Below, piece after piece: positions 52,843 through 64,000 of a DNA stretch of 64,000 bases. Numbering within the stretch: the first letter of the stretch is position 1; each line of letters starts with the position of its first letter. A program made the position numbers and the translations under genes. Source of the DNA: Corallochytrium limacisporum Hawaii (Eukaryota; Protista; Pluriformea); contig PDIP01000034.1 in the NCBI GenBank assembly GCA_002811645.1, positions 1-64,000 on the forward strand, written 5' to 3'. The notes beneath the pieces are model-generated. The model was not told where the DNA came from, did not search any database, and saw nothing but the letters and a program-made list of their open reading frames with translations.

Positions 52843-54020
52843 GAAATTGAGTCTCTTTTGTGATCCTGTTGTGCTCGGTCGTGAGGGGCTACAACCAGGC
52901 ATTGCGATATGCCAACGCCTGTGAACAAGACACAAGCGCCAACACTCGCAGAGCCATTGGCGAAGTGGGCACCGGCAACCCAGCACTGGACAAAGAAAGG
53001 CGCCATGTGACCCCTTTGATGGCCTGCAGTTAAAAAAGGCACACGGCCCTAAGTCCACGACCCAAAAAAAAAGCCAGTCAACACACAGCGCCGTCCCCCC
53101 CACCCGGGGAAGGGGGCCGCGGCCCAATGGAAACAAAGGTTCGGCGTCCCTACAATTCAGGCCCCGGCGCGGCGGAAAAACAGCCAGTGGTCGCCCAGTT
53201 AAAAATTTGTTCCCGACCAAATCCGCTGCCCCTTGGGCCCTGTTTTGCCCCCCCTCCCCCCCGGGGGGGGGGGCGGCTTGCAGCAGCGTGTTCGTCCGCG
53301 TTTTCCTCGGCGCTTTTGTTTCTTTGAGTCGCGCTCCCAAGCAGTGGCTGGCTGACCTCCCCCGGTTCCTCGTTTTGGGCCTTTCCTTCACTACCGGACG
53401 CGAACAGCAACCCAAAGGTTCAGTGCGTAGGGACTGGACGGTGCGCTGCGTGCGTGTTGCTGGCGCCCTTTTTTTCTTGACCTGCGGAGTACGGGCCTTT
53501 TCTCTTTGTTTTTCTTTGGGCATTCGGAAGCGCAGTGGGTTTACACCAGAGATTCTGAACCAGCGCCGGGAGGTTAGCCACGGTCGCTGTGTGAATTTCC
53601 AAGAGTGTCTCCACTGTGTTCCTGTTTGGTTTTCTCGTGTTCTTTCGCTGTGTCATTGAGCGTGTGCGCTATGCTTTGCGGAATTTGCAATAAGAGTTTA
53701 CACCTCTTCCTTCAAGAGAACCCTACGCAGCTACTTGAACAGAGTGTGTCTATTCATGTGTATGTCACGACATCTGGCTTCTGCGTGATGATCACAACCA
53801 TTTGTGGGGCTTGATCGTGCAAAAGATCGGAGTTTAACAATCACAATAGTGAGAAGGTTCTAACCGGGACTGGAGCTCGAACGAACCACATTAAAGGGTT
53901 TCTCTTCACTGGGAGCGTGTTCAGATCAACGGGTCAGAACATCTGTAGAAGAGGGCGACAAAAAGCAAAGAAGGCTCCGTAAGCGTATCGTAGCTTGTAA
54001 AGGTTTTAGAATCGTCAAAC

Positions 54021-55640
54021 ATGTCAAGTGTAGGAACAGTTGCGTTCGATGAATTCGGACGACCCTTCCTTATCTTGCGTGAGCAGGACAACACAGAGCG
54101 CATGAGTGGTATTGAGGCCATTCGCTCTCATATCATCGCCGCTCGGTCAATTGCGTCCACTCTGCGCACCAGCCTGGGACCCCGTGGTCTCGACAAGCTA
54201 TTGGTTGACCCAGATGGCAGCATTACCATCACAAACGATGGTGCCACCATTCTGCAAAAGATGGACGTGCAGCACCAGATTGCCAAGCTCATGGTTCAGC
54301 TCAGCCAGAGCCAGGACGATGAGATTGGTGACGGTACCACTGGTGTAGTCGTTCTGGCGGGAGCTCTGCTGGAGCAAGCCAATATCCTGATCGACAAGGG
54401 ACTGCATCCTATCCGAATTGCGGATGGTTTTGAGGCGGCCTGTCAGATTGCCTGCGAGAGTCTGGAACGCAACTCTGACAAGATTGACATTAGCGACCGC
54501 GAGACGCTCGTCAAGGTGGCCATGACCACGTTGGGATCAAAGATTGTCAACAAATGCCACCGCCAGATGGCTGAGATGGCAGTAGATGCCGTGCTGAGTG
54601 TTGCTGACTTGGAGCGTCGTGACGTAGACTTTGAGCTCATCAAAGTGGAAGGCAAAACGGGTGGCAAAATGGCCGACAGTATGCTCGTGAAGGGTGTCGT
54701 TATTGACAAGGACTTTAGTCACCCACAGATGCCCAAAACAGTCGAGAACGCCAAGGTAGCCATCCTGACGTGCCCGTTTGAACCCCCTAAGCCCAAGACC
54801 ACCCACAAACTCGATATCAAGACCGTACAGGACTACAAGGATCTGCAGGAGTACGAACGCAAGACTTTTGAGGGTATGGTGGACAAAGTGAAGGCGAGCG
54901 GTACCAATTTGGTAATTTGCCAGTGGGGTTTCGACGACGAAGCCAACCATCTGCTTCTACGGCGTGAACTTCCAGCTGTACGTTGGGTCGGCGGTCCGGA
55001 GATTGAGCTGATCGCCATTGCGACCGGTGGTCGTATTGTGCCCCGCTTTGAGGAACTGAGCACAGACAAGCTCGGTACCGCGGGTAAGGTTCGGGAGATT
55101 GGCTTTGGCACCACCAAGGACCGCATGTTGGTCATTGAGGAGTGCAAGAATTCTCGGGCTGTGACCATCCTGCTGCGTGGTGGTAACTCCATGATCATTG
55201 AGGAGGCCAAGCGTGCTGTGCATGACGCTCTTTGTGTGGTGCGCAACCTGGTGCGTGACTCTCGAATTGTCTACGGTGGCGGTGCACCAGAAATCTCCTC
55301 CTACCTGGATGTGAACAAGGCCGCTGACGCGATCCCCGGCGTCGAGCAGTACGCCATCCGTGCCTTTGCTGACGCTTTGGAGAACACGCCCGTTGCACTC
55401 GCAGAGAACTCCGGTCTGGCCCCCATTGAGACCCTGACAGAGGTCAAGGCCAAGCAGATCAAGGAGAAGAATCCACGCTTGGGAATTGATTGCATGAGCA
55501 AGGGCACCAGTGACATGCGGGAGCAGATGGTCATTGAGACCCTGAACGCCAAGAAGCAGCAATTCCTGCTGGCCACTCAGGTCGTGAAGATGATTTTGAA
55601 GATTGATGACGTGCGTCAGCCTGGTCCTGGCAACGAGTAA
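54021..55640 (+). CDS. CCT5: T-complex protein 1 subunit epsilon
   Basis: [57 protein letters not shown] and [18 protein letters not shown]. Confidence 0.99.
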   Translation: MSSVGTVAFDEFGRPFLILREQDNTERMSGIEAIRSHIIAARSIASTLRTSLGPRGLDKLLVDPDGSITITNDGATILQKMDVQHQIAKLMVQLSQSQDDEIGDGTTGVVVLAGALLEQANILIDKGLHPIRIADGFEAACQIACESLERNSDKIDISDRETLVKVAMTTLGSKIVNKCHRQMAEMAVDAVLSVADLERRDVDFELIKVEGKTGGKMADSMLVKGVVIDKDFSHPQMPKTVENAKVAILTCPFEPPKPKTTHKLDIKTVQDYKDLQEYERKTFEGMVDKVKASGTNLVICQWGFDDEANHLLLRRELPAVRWVGGPEIELIAIATGGRIVPRFEELSTDKLGTAGKVREIGFGTTKDRMLVIEECKNSRAVTILLRGGNSMIIEEAKRAVHDALCVVRNLVRDSRIVYGGGAPEISSYLDVNKAADAIPGVEQYAIRAFADALENTPVALAENSGLAPIETLTEVKAKQIKEKNPRLGIDCMSKGTSDMREQMVIETLNAKKQQFLLATQVVKMILKIDDVRQPGPGNE

Positions 55641-56656
55641 GCATACTGTTTCTTGAAACATCGTTACCTCTTGAGGCATCATACTTTCAATGATACAAGA
55701 TCCATCACTTGCGGTAGCTGCTACCTTATGGCGTATTCCTGTTTCCCCATCTCCTTCAAACCAAATCAGAAAGCACCCATCAGTCTTGTTTATAACCTAC
55801 CCTTTTGTAAAACCGATTGTGTGTGTGTACAATAAAGACATCAACCCCCCATTTGTACGAATCCATCCACTGTATCACATTAGACTACGCTTGATTCACC
55901 GTGAGGAAGGGCCGGTGGGTCTCAGATTTATCGCCCCCCCAACCCCAAAGGGCCCGGTAAGAATGGATTTCCTGGTTCCGCCCTCACCGACCACCACCAC
56001 GGCCACTTCTAAATTTTTTCCAAAATGCATTCCTGAACTCATTCCTTTTTCGTTTCATCTTTTCCCGAAAACCCTCCCACCTGAGGCCTTCCCGTGCTTT
56101 GGTCGTGGTGCCCCAGACTCCCCTGCTGCTGCTGACAGCGGGCGACAGAAACTGTGCCCGGGACGCCTTTTGGTACTGGCACTACGGCTGTTTCCGGGCC
56201 CCGGGGGAGGGGGGGGGCTCGGATTGCAGCCCATGGGTTCTCACTGTACCCAGTGGCCGCAGGCACCGGTGCAGGAGGAAAGAGGAGCAGAGCGGTATCG
56301 GCTGACACCTTAGCTTGAAGTCCCTGCAAAACACGGGTTTGCGCTTGGAAGCTCTCTCTTTGGGATTTTGTACATGAAGAGCTGGTATATTGTCACAACT
56401 TTTCTTGTTGAATTTAAGTAGATCACTTGTTTCCTAAATATCTGATTAACCCTTAAGTTGTTGTGGCTATGACCGACGCGGTGCCAGGAGAATATTGGCT
56501 AAGAACATGCTGTGGTATTTTATTCATCGTCCATCTTCTTTCCATGAATTATATGATTTGCCTCAGAAACACGAGAGTTGTTGCCAGTCACAAGAACAGA
56601 ATTTCAAGAAACAGACCAAACGGGAATTGCACCTGGACTTAGAATTCTTTTAGACT

Positions 56657-58084
56657 ATGCTGGGACAAGCAATCCTTGCAGCTGGCGCCGCAAGGCGGGT
56701 GGTCACGGCAAACGTGGCACGCAGTGCCAGGATGGGTGCAACGCGGCCCATCACTGTGTCCTTTGCCCGCACCTATGTCTCGGGTTCCGATAATGTCAAG
56801 CAGTCTGCAGGCGCCGCCGCCGTGGAGGAGGCCATGGAATTAGAGGAGTCGAAAGAGGCAGCCATGAAGCAGCCCCGTCCCCTCTACCTCGATCTGCAAG
56901 CAACCACACCCATGGATCCCCGGGTACTGGATGCCATGCTACCATACATGAGCCATAGCTACGGTAACCCACACAGCAGAACCCACAGCTACGGTTGGGA
57001 AACGGAAAAGGCTGTCGAAGTGGCTCGGGGTCATGTGGCCGCAGTAATTGGTGCAGATGCCAAAGAAATCCTTTTCACTTCTGGAGCCACCGAGAGCAAC
57101 AATTTGGCTATAAAGGGGATTGCAAACTTCTACAAGGCCAAGAAGCGTCACATTATCACCACCCAGACTGAGCACAAGTGCGTCTTGGACTCTTGCCGGT
57201 ATCTGCAAGAGCACGGCTTTGACGTGACCTATCTGCCAGTGCAACGATCTGGACTGATTGATTTGGAGGAGTTCAAGGCTTCTATCCGCCCAGACACTGT
57301 CCTGGCCAGTGTCATGTACGTCAACAATGAAATTGGTGTCATGCAGCCTATCGCAGAGATTGGGAAGATTTGCAGGGAGAACAAGGTCTTTTTCCACTGT
57401 GATGCCGCTCAGGCTGTCGGCAAGATCCACATCGATGTGGACGCCCTAAAGATTGACGCAATGTCCATTTCTGGTCACAAAATATATGGACCTAAGGGTG
57501 TTGGTGCCCTCTATCTGAGACGACGCCCACGCGTGCGCCTGGAGCCGCTTATGAGCGGCGGTGGCCAGGAGCGCGGGCTGCGCAGTGGTACTGTTGCCCC
57601 CGCCCTAGTGGTCGGTATTGGCACCGCCTGTGAAGTCGCTCTGAAGGAAATGGACTACGACAAGGCCTACATCACCCGCCTTTCCAATCGTCTGGTGAAT
57701 GGCATCATGGAGAAGGTGCCGAATGTCATTCGTAACGGTGAAGGGGATGGACACACGTATCCTGGTTGCGTCAACTTGTCTTTTGCATACGTAGAGGGTG
57801 AGTCCTTGCTCATGGCTCTTAAGAACATGGCCTTGAGCAGTGGTAGTGCCTGCACCAGCGCTTCGCTGGAGCCCAGTTACGTGCTGCGTGCGGTGGGTGC
57901 TGACGAGGACTTGGCCCATTCTTCCATTCGCTTCGGCATCGGCCGGTTCACAACCGAAGAAGAGATTGACTATACCATCAACAATGTTGCCGAGCATGTC
58001 GAACGATTGCGGGAGATGAGTCCCTTGTGGGAGATGGTGCAGGAGGGTATTGACCTCAAGAGCATTCAGTGGAGCCAGCACTAA
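56657..58084 (+). CDS. NFS1: Mitochondrial cysteine desulfurase
   Basis: Arg-rich presequence; [20 protein letters not shown]-Lys in [15 protein letters not shown], catalytic [17 protein letters not shown] and terminal WSQH. Confidence 0.99.
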   Translation: MLGQAILAAGAARRVVTANVARSARMGATRPITVSFARTYVSGSDNVKQSAGAAAVEEAMELEESKEAAMKQPRPLYLDLQATTPMDPRVLDAMLPYMSHSYGNPHSRTHSYGWETEKAVEVARGHVAAVIGADAKEILFTSGATESNNLAIKGIANFYKAKKRHIITTQTEHKCVLDSCRYLQEHGFDVTYLPVQRSGLIDLEEFKASIRPDTVLASVMYVNNEIGVMQPIAEIGKICRENKVFFHCDAAQAVGKIHIDVDALKIDAMSISGHKIYGPKGVGALYLRRRPRVRLEPLMSGGGQERGLRSGTVAPALVVGIGTACEVALKEMDYDKAYITRLSNRLVNGIMEKVPNVIRNGEGDGHTYPGCVNLSFAYVEGESLLMALKNMALSSGSACTSASLEPSYVLRAVGADEDLAHSSIRFGIGRFTTEEEIDYTINNVAEHVERLREMSPLWEMVQEGIDLKSIQWSQH

Positions 58085-58419
58085 ATTGGTCCGGAAACGA
58101 AACCTGTGCGACCGCATGTCGTTTGTCTTCCAAACAATGCTTCAAATGGAACAGGTCAGCTGATCCTTCATTATTTATTGCTTTCTGTATTTATATTTCA
58201 ACTCGACATATCCCCCTTTTACTATTCCTGTTTGCACCAATTCCTTCTGTTACTCTCCATCCCAAGGAGATACCGAGGTAATGAAATAACTCAACTTACA
58301 TAGATGAGAAATGATCACGCGACATTTATGTTCGGACCAAATTGGTATATGTTCGTCTTCGCTTTCTTTATGTTATGCAGTGTCGCAAAGGTCAAAATTT
58401 CCATTTGCTTTTCATTTTC

Positions 58420-58758
58420 TTATTTCTTGTTCTTCTCCAGCAATTCCTTGGCTTCGTTAATCTTGGAGGCAAGGAACGGACTGCCGCCGCGGTCCGGGTG
58501 GTTCAACAGCATAATCTTGCGGTGCTGGTCCCGAACTCGACGCAAATTTGCAGCAGGGCTTACTCCCAGAATCAGACCAGCCTCTCTCCGGGTCATCTTC
58601 TCCTCAAACCCACCGCGATAATAGGTCATTCCCAGTTGAGGCATTTTTATCTTCTTCAGAGCTCCGGATGCTACCAGGGCCTCCCAGCCAGCCAGGGCCG
58701 CTCTGCCACCATAGGCCAGACCGGCTAGTGCCACTCCCGCTGCAGCCAAGGAAGACAT
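58420..58758 (-). CDS. PAM18: Mitochondrial import motor J-protein TIM14/PAM18 (DNAJC19 type)
   Basis: N-terminal hydrophobic anchor; [49 protein letters not shown]. Confidence 0.96.
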   Translation of the reverse strand: MSSLAAAGVALAGLAYGGRAALAGWEALVASGALKKIKMPQLGMTYYRGGFEEKMTRREAGLILGVSPAANLRRVRDQHRKIMLLNHPDRGGSPFLASKINEAKELLEKNKK

Positions 58759-59646
58759 GACTATCTAAAATTCTTGTGGTTTCAAAATCTATATTAAACA
58801 CGCGATTTCCTACCTTCTCGTGCTTATTTGCAATTGTTTTTCGCCTTTGAATAGACCCGCGTGGTGTTTCCCGTTTCCTTCACTCTTTTAAAGTCCAGGG
58901 GTCCTATATTAAAAGTCTGTAAATTACTGGCCATGTAGATCAATTACGCCATAAGTACCATAACTTCAGTTGCCTTCTAAATGGCAAAGAGTCCCCAAGA
59001 GTGAAAAAGTTGAGAGCTAATTCATGGGCCACGACAGCCGACGAGACGTGAGATACAGCCCAAGAAGCACGCCCCGGAACCCACCTGCACTGACCTCCCT
59101 CCCGCTGATCTGTAAGCTCTTGGCTCGTGTTCCCTTCACTCTCAGCCTCTTGTCACTCCCTCTCATGAGACAGCCCGGCCCACCACGCAGTCGCGCAGTA
59201 CAGTCATTACGGCCCATGAGTCACAGCGTAGGGTGCCTTGGGTATGAGGTGCCAGCTAACCCCCAGGCCCCTCTGTCCGCCTGTGGGACAAAAATGGACT
59301 CCCAGATTTCTTTGTCCGTCGGTTTTCGCGTGGCTCCTCGTCCCAGTTTGGTGGTGGAATTCCCATCGGACTTTCACTTACCCGTCCTCGGTAAACCCCG
59401 GCTTGGTTATTATTGTTTCCTCTTTTGCTTTTGTTCCCTGAACTCCTCCCGCGGGAGTGAACACGGTTTAATATCTGGAGCGGAGCATGATGACGTGACC
59501 CATTGGTAACCCTCTGCATCAAAGCTAGATTAGATATCTTATACTTGATTACTAGGTGAAAACCTCATGTAAGTTCTAAAAGCACTAAATGTCGGGTCGT
59601 GACAAACAGTACACGTTAGCCGTACCGATATAGTTCAGTCTACAGC

Positions 59647-60717
59647 ATGCCGGAGTTCCCACCGTTAAAGAACGATCGCCTGCTCAAGGCAGCGAAAGGC
59701 GAAGAAGTGGACAGGATCCCAGTGTGGGCCATGCGCCAAGCAGGCAGATACTTGCCCGAGTTTAGGGAGGTCCGCAAAGGGGCCGATTTCTTCACAATGT
59801 GCCGCACTCCGGAGCTCGCTTGCAAGGTTACCTTGCAGCCCCTAGAGCGCTTCGATCTCGACGCAGCGATCATTTTCAGTGATATATTGGTTGTGCCCCA
59901 GGCCGTGGGTATGCACTGTGAAATGGTGGAGGGCAAGGGCCCGGTTTTCCCCAGACCTTTGAAGCACCCAGAGGACATGAAGGATTTGAACTTTGATGTG
60001 GATGTAAAGAAGGAGCTCAAGTATGTTTACGATGCCATCACGCTCACTCGACAGCGTCTGGAGGGCAAGTGTCCACTTATTGGCTTTGCAGGAGGACCAT
60101 GGACTCTGATGGCCTATATGGTTGAGGGGGGTGGCAGCAAGCTGTTTGCAGACAGTAAGACTTGGCTTTATGCCCATCCAGAGGCCAGCCACCGGCTCCT
60201 GGATATGCTGACCACGATCATCATCAAGTACTTGGTTGAGCAGATTAGGGCTGGTGCACAGGCACTGCAGGTATTTGAGAGCAATGCCGGCGAACTTACA
60301 CCTGCCATGGCGCAGGAGTTTATGTACCCTTACATTGAGCGGATCGCAAAGGAGGTCAAGGCCCATGCCACAGCAGAGCTGGGATATGATGTGCCCATGG
60401 TCATCTTCTGCCGCTGCGCTCACTATGCTCTACCTAACCTGTCCCAGATGGACTATGACGTGATTGGCCTTGACTTCACTGTGGATCCCATCGAGGCGCG
60501 GAAGGTGGTCAGTCCAAAGGGAAAGAGTCTACAAGGAAACTTGGACCCTGGTGCTCTCTTTGCACCGCGGGACAAGATCAAGACTATGACACACCGGATG
60601 TTGGATTCATTCGGGAGGAAAGGTACCATTGCTAACCTGGGCCACGGCATGATGCCTTCACACAATCCGGAACATCTAAGAGCATTCGTCGATGCTGTAC
60701 ATGACTGGTCGGGCTAG
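59647..60717 (+). CDS. UROD: Uroporphyrinogen decarboxylase
   Basis: PVWAMRQAGRYLPEF, DAAIIFSDILV, LIGFAGGPWTL, LQGNLDP and IANLGHG. Confidence 0.98.
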   Translation: MPEFPPLKNDRLLKAAKGEEVDRIPVWAMRQAGRYLPEFREVRKGADFFTMCRTPELACKVTLQPLERFDLDAAIIFSDILVVPQAVGMHCEMVEGKGPVFPRPLKHPEDMKDLNFDVDVKKELKYVYDAITLTRQRLEGKCPLIGFAGGPWTLMAYMVEGGGSKLFADSKTWLYAHPEASHRLLDMLTTIIIKYLVEQIRAGAQALQVFESNAGELTPAMAQEFMYPYIERIAKEVKAHATAELGYDVPMVIFCRCAHYALPNLSQMDYDVIGLDFTVDPIEARKVVSPKGKSLQGNLDPGALFAPRDKIKTMTHRMLDSFGRKGTIANLGHGMMPSHNPEHLRAFVDAVHDWSG

Positions 60718-60901
60718 GGGCAAGCTACCACATGTGTGACCACCACTGATCATCATGAATCGTTAGTATCATGCCTGTCCTTATAGTAATTGGTTTGCTT
60801 AGCCGATGCTCCTGACACAGTGTGTCATCCGCAGCACTAGTGGAGATAAAGAACTATGCATACAATCATTTAATCCAACTTCAGACAGCCGAGGCCGAAG
60901 C

Positions 60902-63046
60902 TTACCAGCCGCCTTCGTCACTGAAGATCTCTTCGATCTCCTCTTCAACTTCATTCTCGCGGGCGGCAGTGGAAATGGACTTGATATCCTTTTCTTCTTT
61001 GACCACAGCGACAACTGCATTTCCTGCTGTTGTTGTGACCGGGGCTCCCTGATTTACGCCCACTGAAATGAGGGATCCCTGGTTAAGCCCATCGTCTACC
61101 AATTCCTCATCTCCGTGCGTGTCGAATTCCTTTAGAAATCGTCCCTGTGCAAAATGATTGTCTCTGAAGCGCGTAGCTGCCTTGAGTCCTTGCATCTGGG
61201 CCCACGGCAGCTGTGCTGTAGGGTCTCGGTTGTGTTCGTGGATCAGACATATCAGCGGGGCCTCTTCAGCCAGAAACGAAGTTCGAGTTCCATGACGTCC
61301 ATGTTTGAGCACCAAATCGGTCTGCATACGCAATAAGAAGCGATTATTGCCTTCGGTTCGGTCACGATCGCTCATCCACACCGGTCGCCGTAATGGTCGC
61401 CACTTGCCACCTACCTTGGTCTGCTGCTCATTGGCGTATGTACGAGTAGCAATGGCAAGGGCTGCTTCGTTCAAGTGTTCTCGCAGATCCCAGCGTTCGT
61501 GAAGCATATCAGCGAGACTGAGACCGTCAGCCACAGCCGCGGCTCCCTCTAGGGACGGCAGGTACGCTGCATAATTCTCCGAGATGAAGGCCAGAAAAGT
61601 GGGGCCGGCAATGCCATTGAGCACAGCAACGTCCTCGGGTTCATGTAGCAACCTACCATTCTCGTCACGCTTGGCATGCAGGACTCGTCCGAGGGCATGA
61701 AACATGTGTAGGATGTGGTCTTTGCCGAAAAAATCCGTCTTACTTCTTTCCTCTTCTTTGCCCGCCGCATCTGTTGCTGACGTTATCTTCTGCTTGCCGT
61801 TGGTGGCGTTGACTTTCGTTTTCTTCCTTCCTGTATTCCGGGTTTCCCCTTTATGTCCCAGGCTGCTCATCTTGAGCATCCGCAGCGCCGCACGCAGGTC
61901 ACCATTGCACGCCTCTGCAACCTCAACGAGGTATGACTTGGGCACAGCCAACCTCTCCTTGTCCACAATGCGCTGGAGTGCCTTGACTACGAACGTGGGT
62001 GCCACCTCCCGCATAGAAATGGTGGCCACTAACCCTTGGTGCTCGAGCTCATCGAAGAGTTTGCTAACGCCGAGTCGAGTACTGCTCTCTGGCCCGGTGG
62101 TCACACAAAAGATCAGCGGGAAGCGGGCTCGACGATGGTAGATGCGCAGACTATCATGGAATTCCTCGACTTGACTCCCACTGCGTGGGTTGTGCGGGAT
62201 CTCTTCGACGAGGACGAGCTGGTTATTTCTACTGCGGTTGATCTGCGACGACTGGTCCATTCGGTTAGATGGTGTTTGCCCTGACTCAATGTTCAGCAGG
62301 GGTGCAAACGATGCCGCACGCTTAATGAAGTCCCGGAAGGCTTGCAATGTACTCACATACTCCTCGCTGCCACCGATCTCCGAGGGCGGTTGGTAGTAGC
62401 CTGCTGCACCACGCGCAGTATCTCTAAATTCGTTGATCGACAGTCCCAGATCCTTAACTACTGCCCGAACAGTAGTGGTCTTGCCAGAACCTGGTGGTCC
62501 TTTCAGTGCAAGAATGCGGGGAAATTGCTTCTGTCCGTTGGCGATGGCCATTCGACTGTGATGGACCCACCCGGTGATCTCTTGGACTTTTCTTCTGTTG
62601 ATCACAACGTCCCTGGTAGAATCCGGTCGGTAGGCATCGGTCCATTCCATTTGTTCTGATTCTTGCTCTGCTGTTGACTGCTCAGTTCCGGTCATCAGTT
62701 GCTGTATCGCAGGATCAATGTACTGTGCAGAAGACTTGCCCTGCCGTAGCGGAGTCTCCACACCGATGCCTTCTGTCCGTAGGCTTGAACTGTCCTGTTT
62801 GCACTTGGCTGGTGTTGGAGTAAAATCGTCAATAATGTCATCATCTAAGTCAATGAACTTTGTATGCCTACTCGAACTTTTTGTCGCCTTCTTCCGATCG
62901 ACCCTCCGACTACTAGCAGCTGCTGTTGCAAGGCCTTTCCTACGCTTAGGTTGTGGTGGCTTCTCAGGGCTTTCGTCGGAATCAAGGTCCAGATCTAATG
63001 CCAAAGGCTTCTTAGCCTTACCTCGTGCTCTCAATTTTGGCGACAT
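60902..63046 (-). CDS. RAD17: Checkpoint clamp loader RAD17/Rad24
   Basis: WTDAYRP..V.INRRKVQEI, Walker A GPPGSGKTT, LVLVEEIP, GDLRAAL, FGKDHILHMFHALGRVLHAKR, ENY and an acidic C-tail. Confidence 0.93.
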   Translation of the reverse strand: MSPKLRARGKAKKPLALDLDLDSDESPEKPPQPKRRKGLATAAASSRRVDRKKATKSSSRHTKFIDLDDDIIDDFTPTPAKCKQDSSSLRTEGIGVETPLRQGKSSAQYIDPAIQQLMTGTEQSTAEQESEQMEWTDAYRPDSTRDVVINRRKVQEITGWVHHSRMAIANGQKQFPRILALKGPPGSGKTTTVRAVVKDLGLSINEFRDTARGAAGYYQPPSEIGGSEEYVSTLQAFRDFIKRAASFAPLLNIESGQTPSNRMDQSSQINRSRNNQLVLVEEIPHNPRSGSQVEEFHDSLRIYHRRARFPLIFCVTTGPESSTRLGVSKLFDELEHQGLVATISMREVAPTFVVKALQRIVDKERLAVPKSYLVEVAEACNGDLRAALRMLKMSSLGHKGETRNTGRKKTKVNATNGKQKITSATDAAGKEEERSKTDFFGKDHILHMFHALGRVLHAKRDENGRLLHEPEDVAVLNGIAGPTFLAFISENYAAYLPSLEGAAAVADGLSLADMLHERWDLREHLNEAALAIATRTYANEQQTKVGGKWRPLRRPVWMSDRDRTEGNNRFLLRMQTDLVLKHGRHGTRTSFLAEEAPLICLIHEHNRDPTAQLPWAQMQGLKAATRFRDNHFAQGRFLKEFDTHGDEELVDDGLNQGSLISVGVNQGAPVTTTAGNAVVAVVKEEKDIKSISTAARENEVEEEIEEIFSDEGGW

Positions 63047-63781
63047 TACTGCTGCCCTTTGATGGATCGCACTATGTTACCATCGTGTCAGTCTACTCGG
63101 ATCAGGAAACTGTATCCAAAGTGAGAGATCCGCTTCTTACTTCAACATGTGCTTGTTGATTGTTGTGTGAAATCGATGGAGCAATACGCCCAAGAAGTAC
63201 CATGGTGCACTGAATAGTGCAGTAACAGGAATGCGAAATTGCAGGGGACCTGTTCGGCGCAGTCAACGATTTGTGTCATTATGGGATGCGCAAGCCTGGT
63301 CTGGGCTGTGTGTACCCCTCACCCCTACTTTCCGTCCCTCCGCACTGGCGGACGGCGATGCCACTAACCCCCCCCCCGGCCCGCGGCTTGTCGCGCCCAA
63401 TACCCCCCCACGGCGAGCAAGGGGAAACTGGGGCCACCCCAGCACCGATTCGTCCAGGAAGTGTTTTGATGAGACCCGCCTGTCTCCCCTCTGCGGTCTG
63501 AAGGTTGTCTGCTTGGTCACCGACCGAACCAACGGGGGTGATGTGAAGAAACTCGACATTGAAAGGTAAGGTGACTGTGATCAAAACAGGTACCTGTATC
63601 TCATTATTGAGGATCAGAGCTGTGAAATCAGGAAGAGTGGCTACTGCTTGGAGATATGCGAGCATGAATTTCAGATATGCGGAATCTTGTCAGCCACGAA
63701 GGCATTTATGATAGAATGATGTGTTCTTTAGAGGGATCTTGAGTAAGAGAGTATTGAGCAACCCTCAGATCTCGTTATAAC

Positions 63782-64000
63782 ATGGATGCTAGAGCCAAGG
63801 AAGCATCACTGCGAGCTCAAATCGAGGCTGAAGGTGTACATGTTATGGACAATGCGGAGGTGATTGAGCGTGATAAGAGCACCCAACAGGAGAAGGAAGG
63901 TTCTGCGCTGGAGAATGCCTGGACCCATCCTATCCGTATAGGACAGAAGAATGGCATGGTAAAGGCGGATCACACAGCACCTCCACCAGTATCAAGCGAT
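63782..64000 (+). CDS. 5' end of an unidentified CDS running off the window
   Basis: aacATG context; 73 open codons (MDARAKEASLRAQIEAEGVHV...PPPVSSD) to the window end; divergent from RAD17. Confidence 0.55.
   Translation, partial: MDARAKEASLRAQIEAEGVHVMDNAEVIERDKSTQQEKEGSALENAWTHPIRIGQKNGMVKADHTAPPPVSSD

Noticed and set aside
58980-59460. Possible RNase MRP/P RNA (AGAGTCCCC; GAAAGTCC on the - strand) in the PAM18-UROD spacer
   Set aside because: I found no complementary CR-V/P4 partner; the region is better explained as a bidirectional promoter.
7586-62659. Numerous antisense or alternate-frame ORFs inside the long genes
   Set aside because: These are shadow ORFs of GC-rich coding sequence with no motifs.
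1-64000. tRNA, rRNA, snRNA and transposon genes
   Set aside because: I saw no cloverleaf/T-loop context, no conserved U1/U2/U6 or rRNA signatures, and no transposase or RT motifs by eye. An Infernal/tRNAscan run is needed to exclude them.

Overview
Eukaryotic nuclear scaffold with 6 N-gaps. It carries about 17 complete protein-coding genes, all single uninterrupted ORFs with no introns needed, plus the start of one more at the right edge. Housekeeping and cell-cycle genes: MSH6, Ataxin-2/Pbp1, eIF3b, POLR3E/RPC5, YIPF1/2-type, CCT5, NFS1, PAM18/DNAJC19, UROD and RAD17. Accessory genes: a questin-oxidase-family protein, a 7-TM receptor with nine 6-Cys ectodomain repeats, a DUOX maturation factor (DUOXA), a TauD/TfdA dioxygenase, a GPI-anchored class 3 lipase, a CDCA3/Tome-1-like protein and a 2250-aa C2/C1/DUF1765-like protein. 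The mix of animal-type and fungal-type families with no coding introns suggests an intron-poor unicellular holozoan such as Corallochytrium (inference only). The most striking observation is a CDCA3/Tome-1-like gene (two DPRSP..RTP motifs, KEN box, D-box) preceded on its sense strand by TTTGGCGCGG-AGGG-TTTGAA. This is an E2F/CDE site, a 4-nt spacer and a CHR element, the animal DREAM/MuvB G2/M promoter grammar. E2F-like sites also lie upstream of MSH6 and RAD17. Intergenic DNA shows a recurrent poly-C/poly-G palindrome, many microsatellites and at least one decayed gene relic. All family assignments are by eye from remembered motifs; no searches were run.
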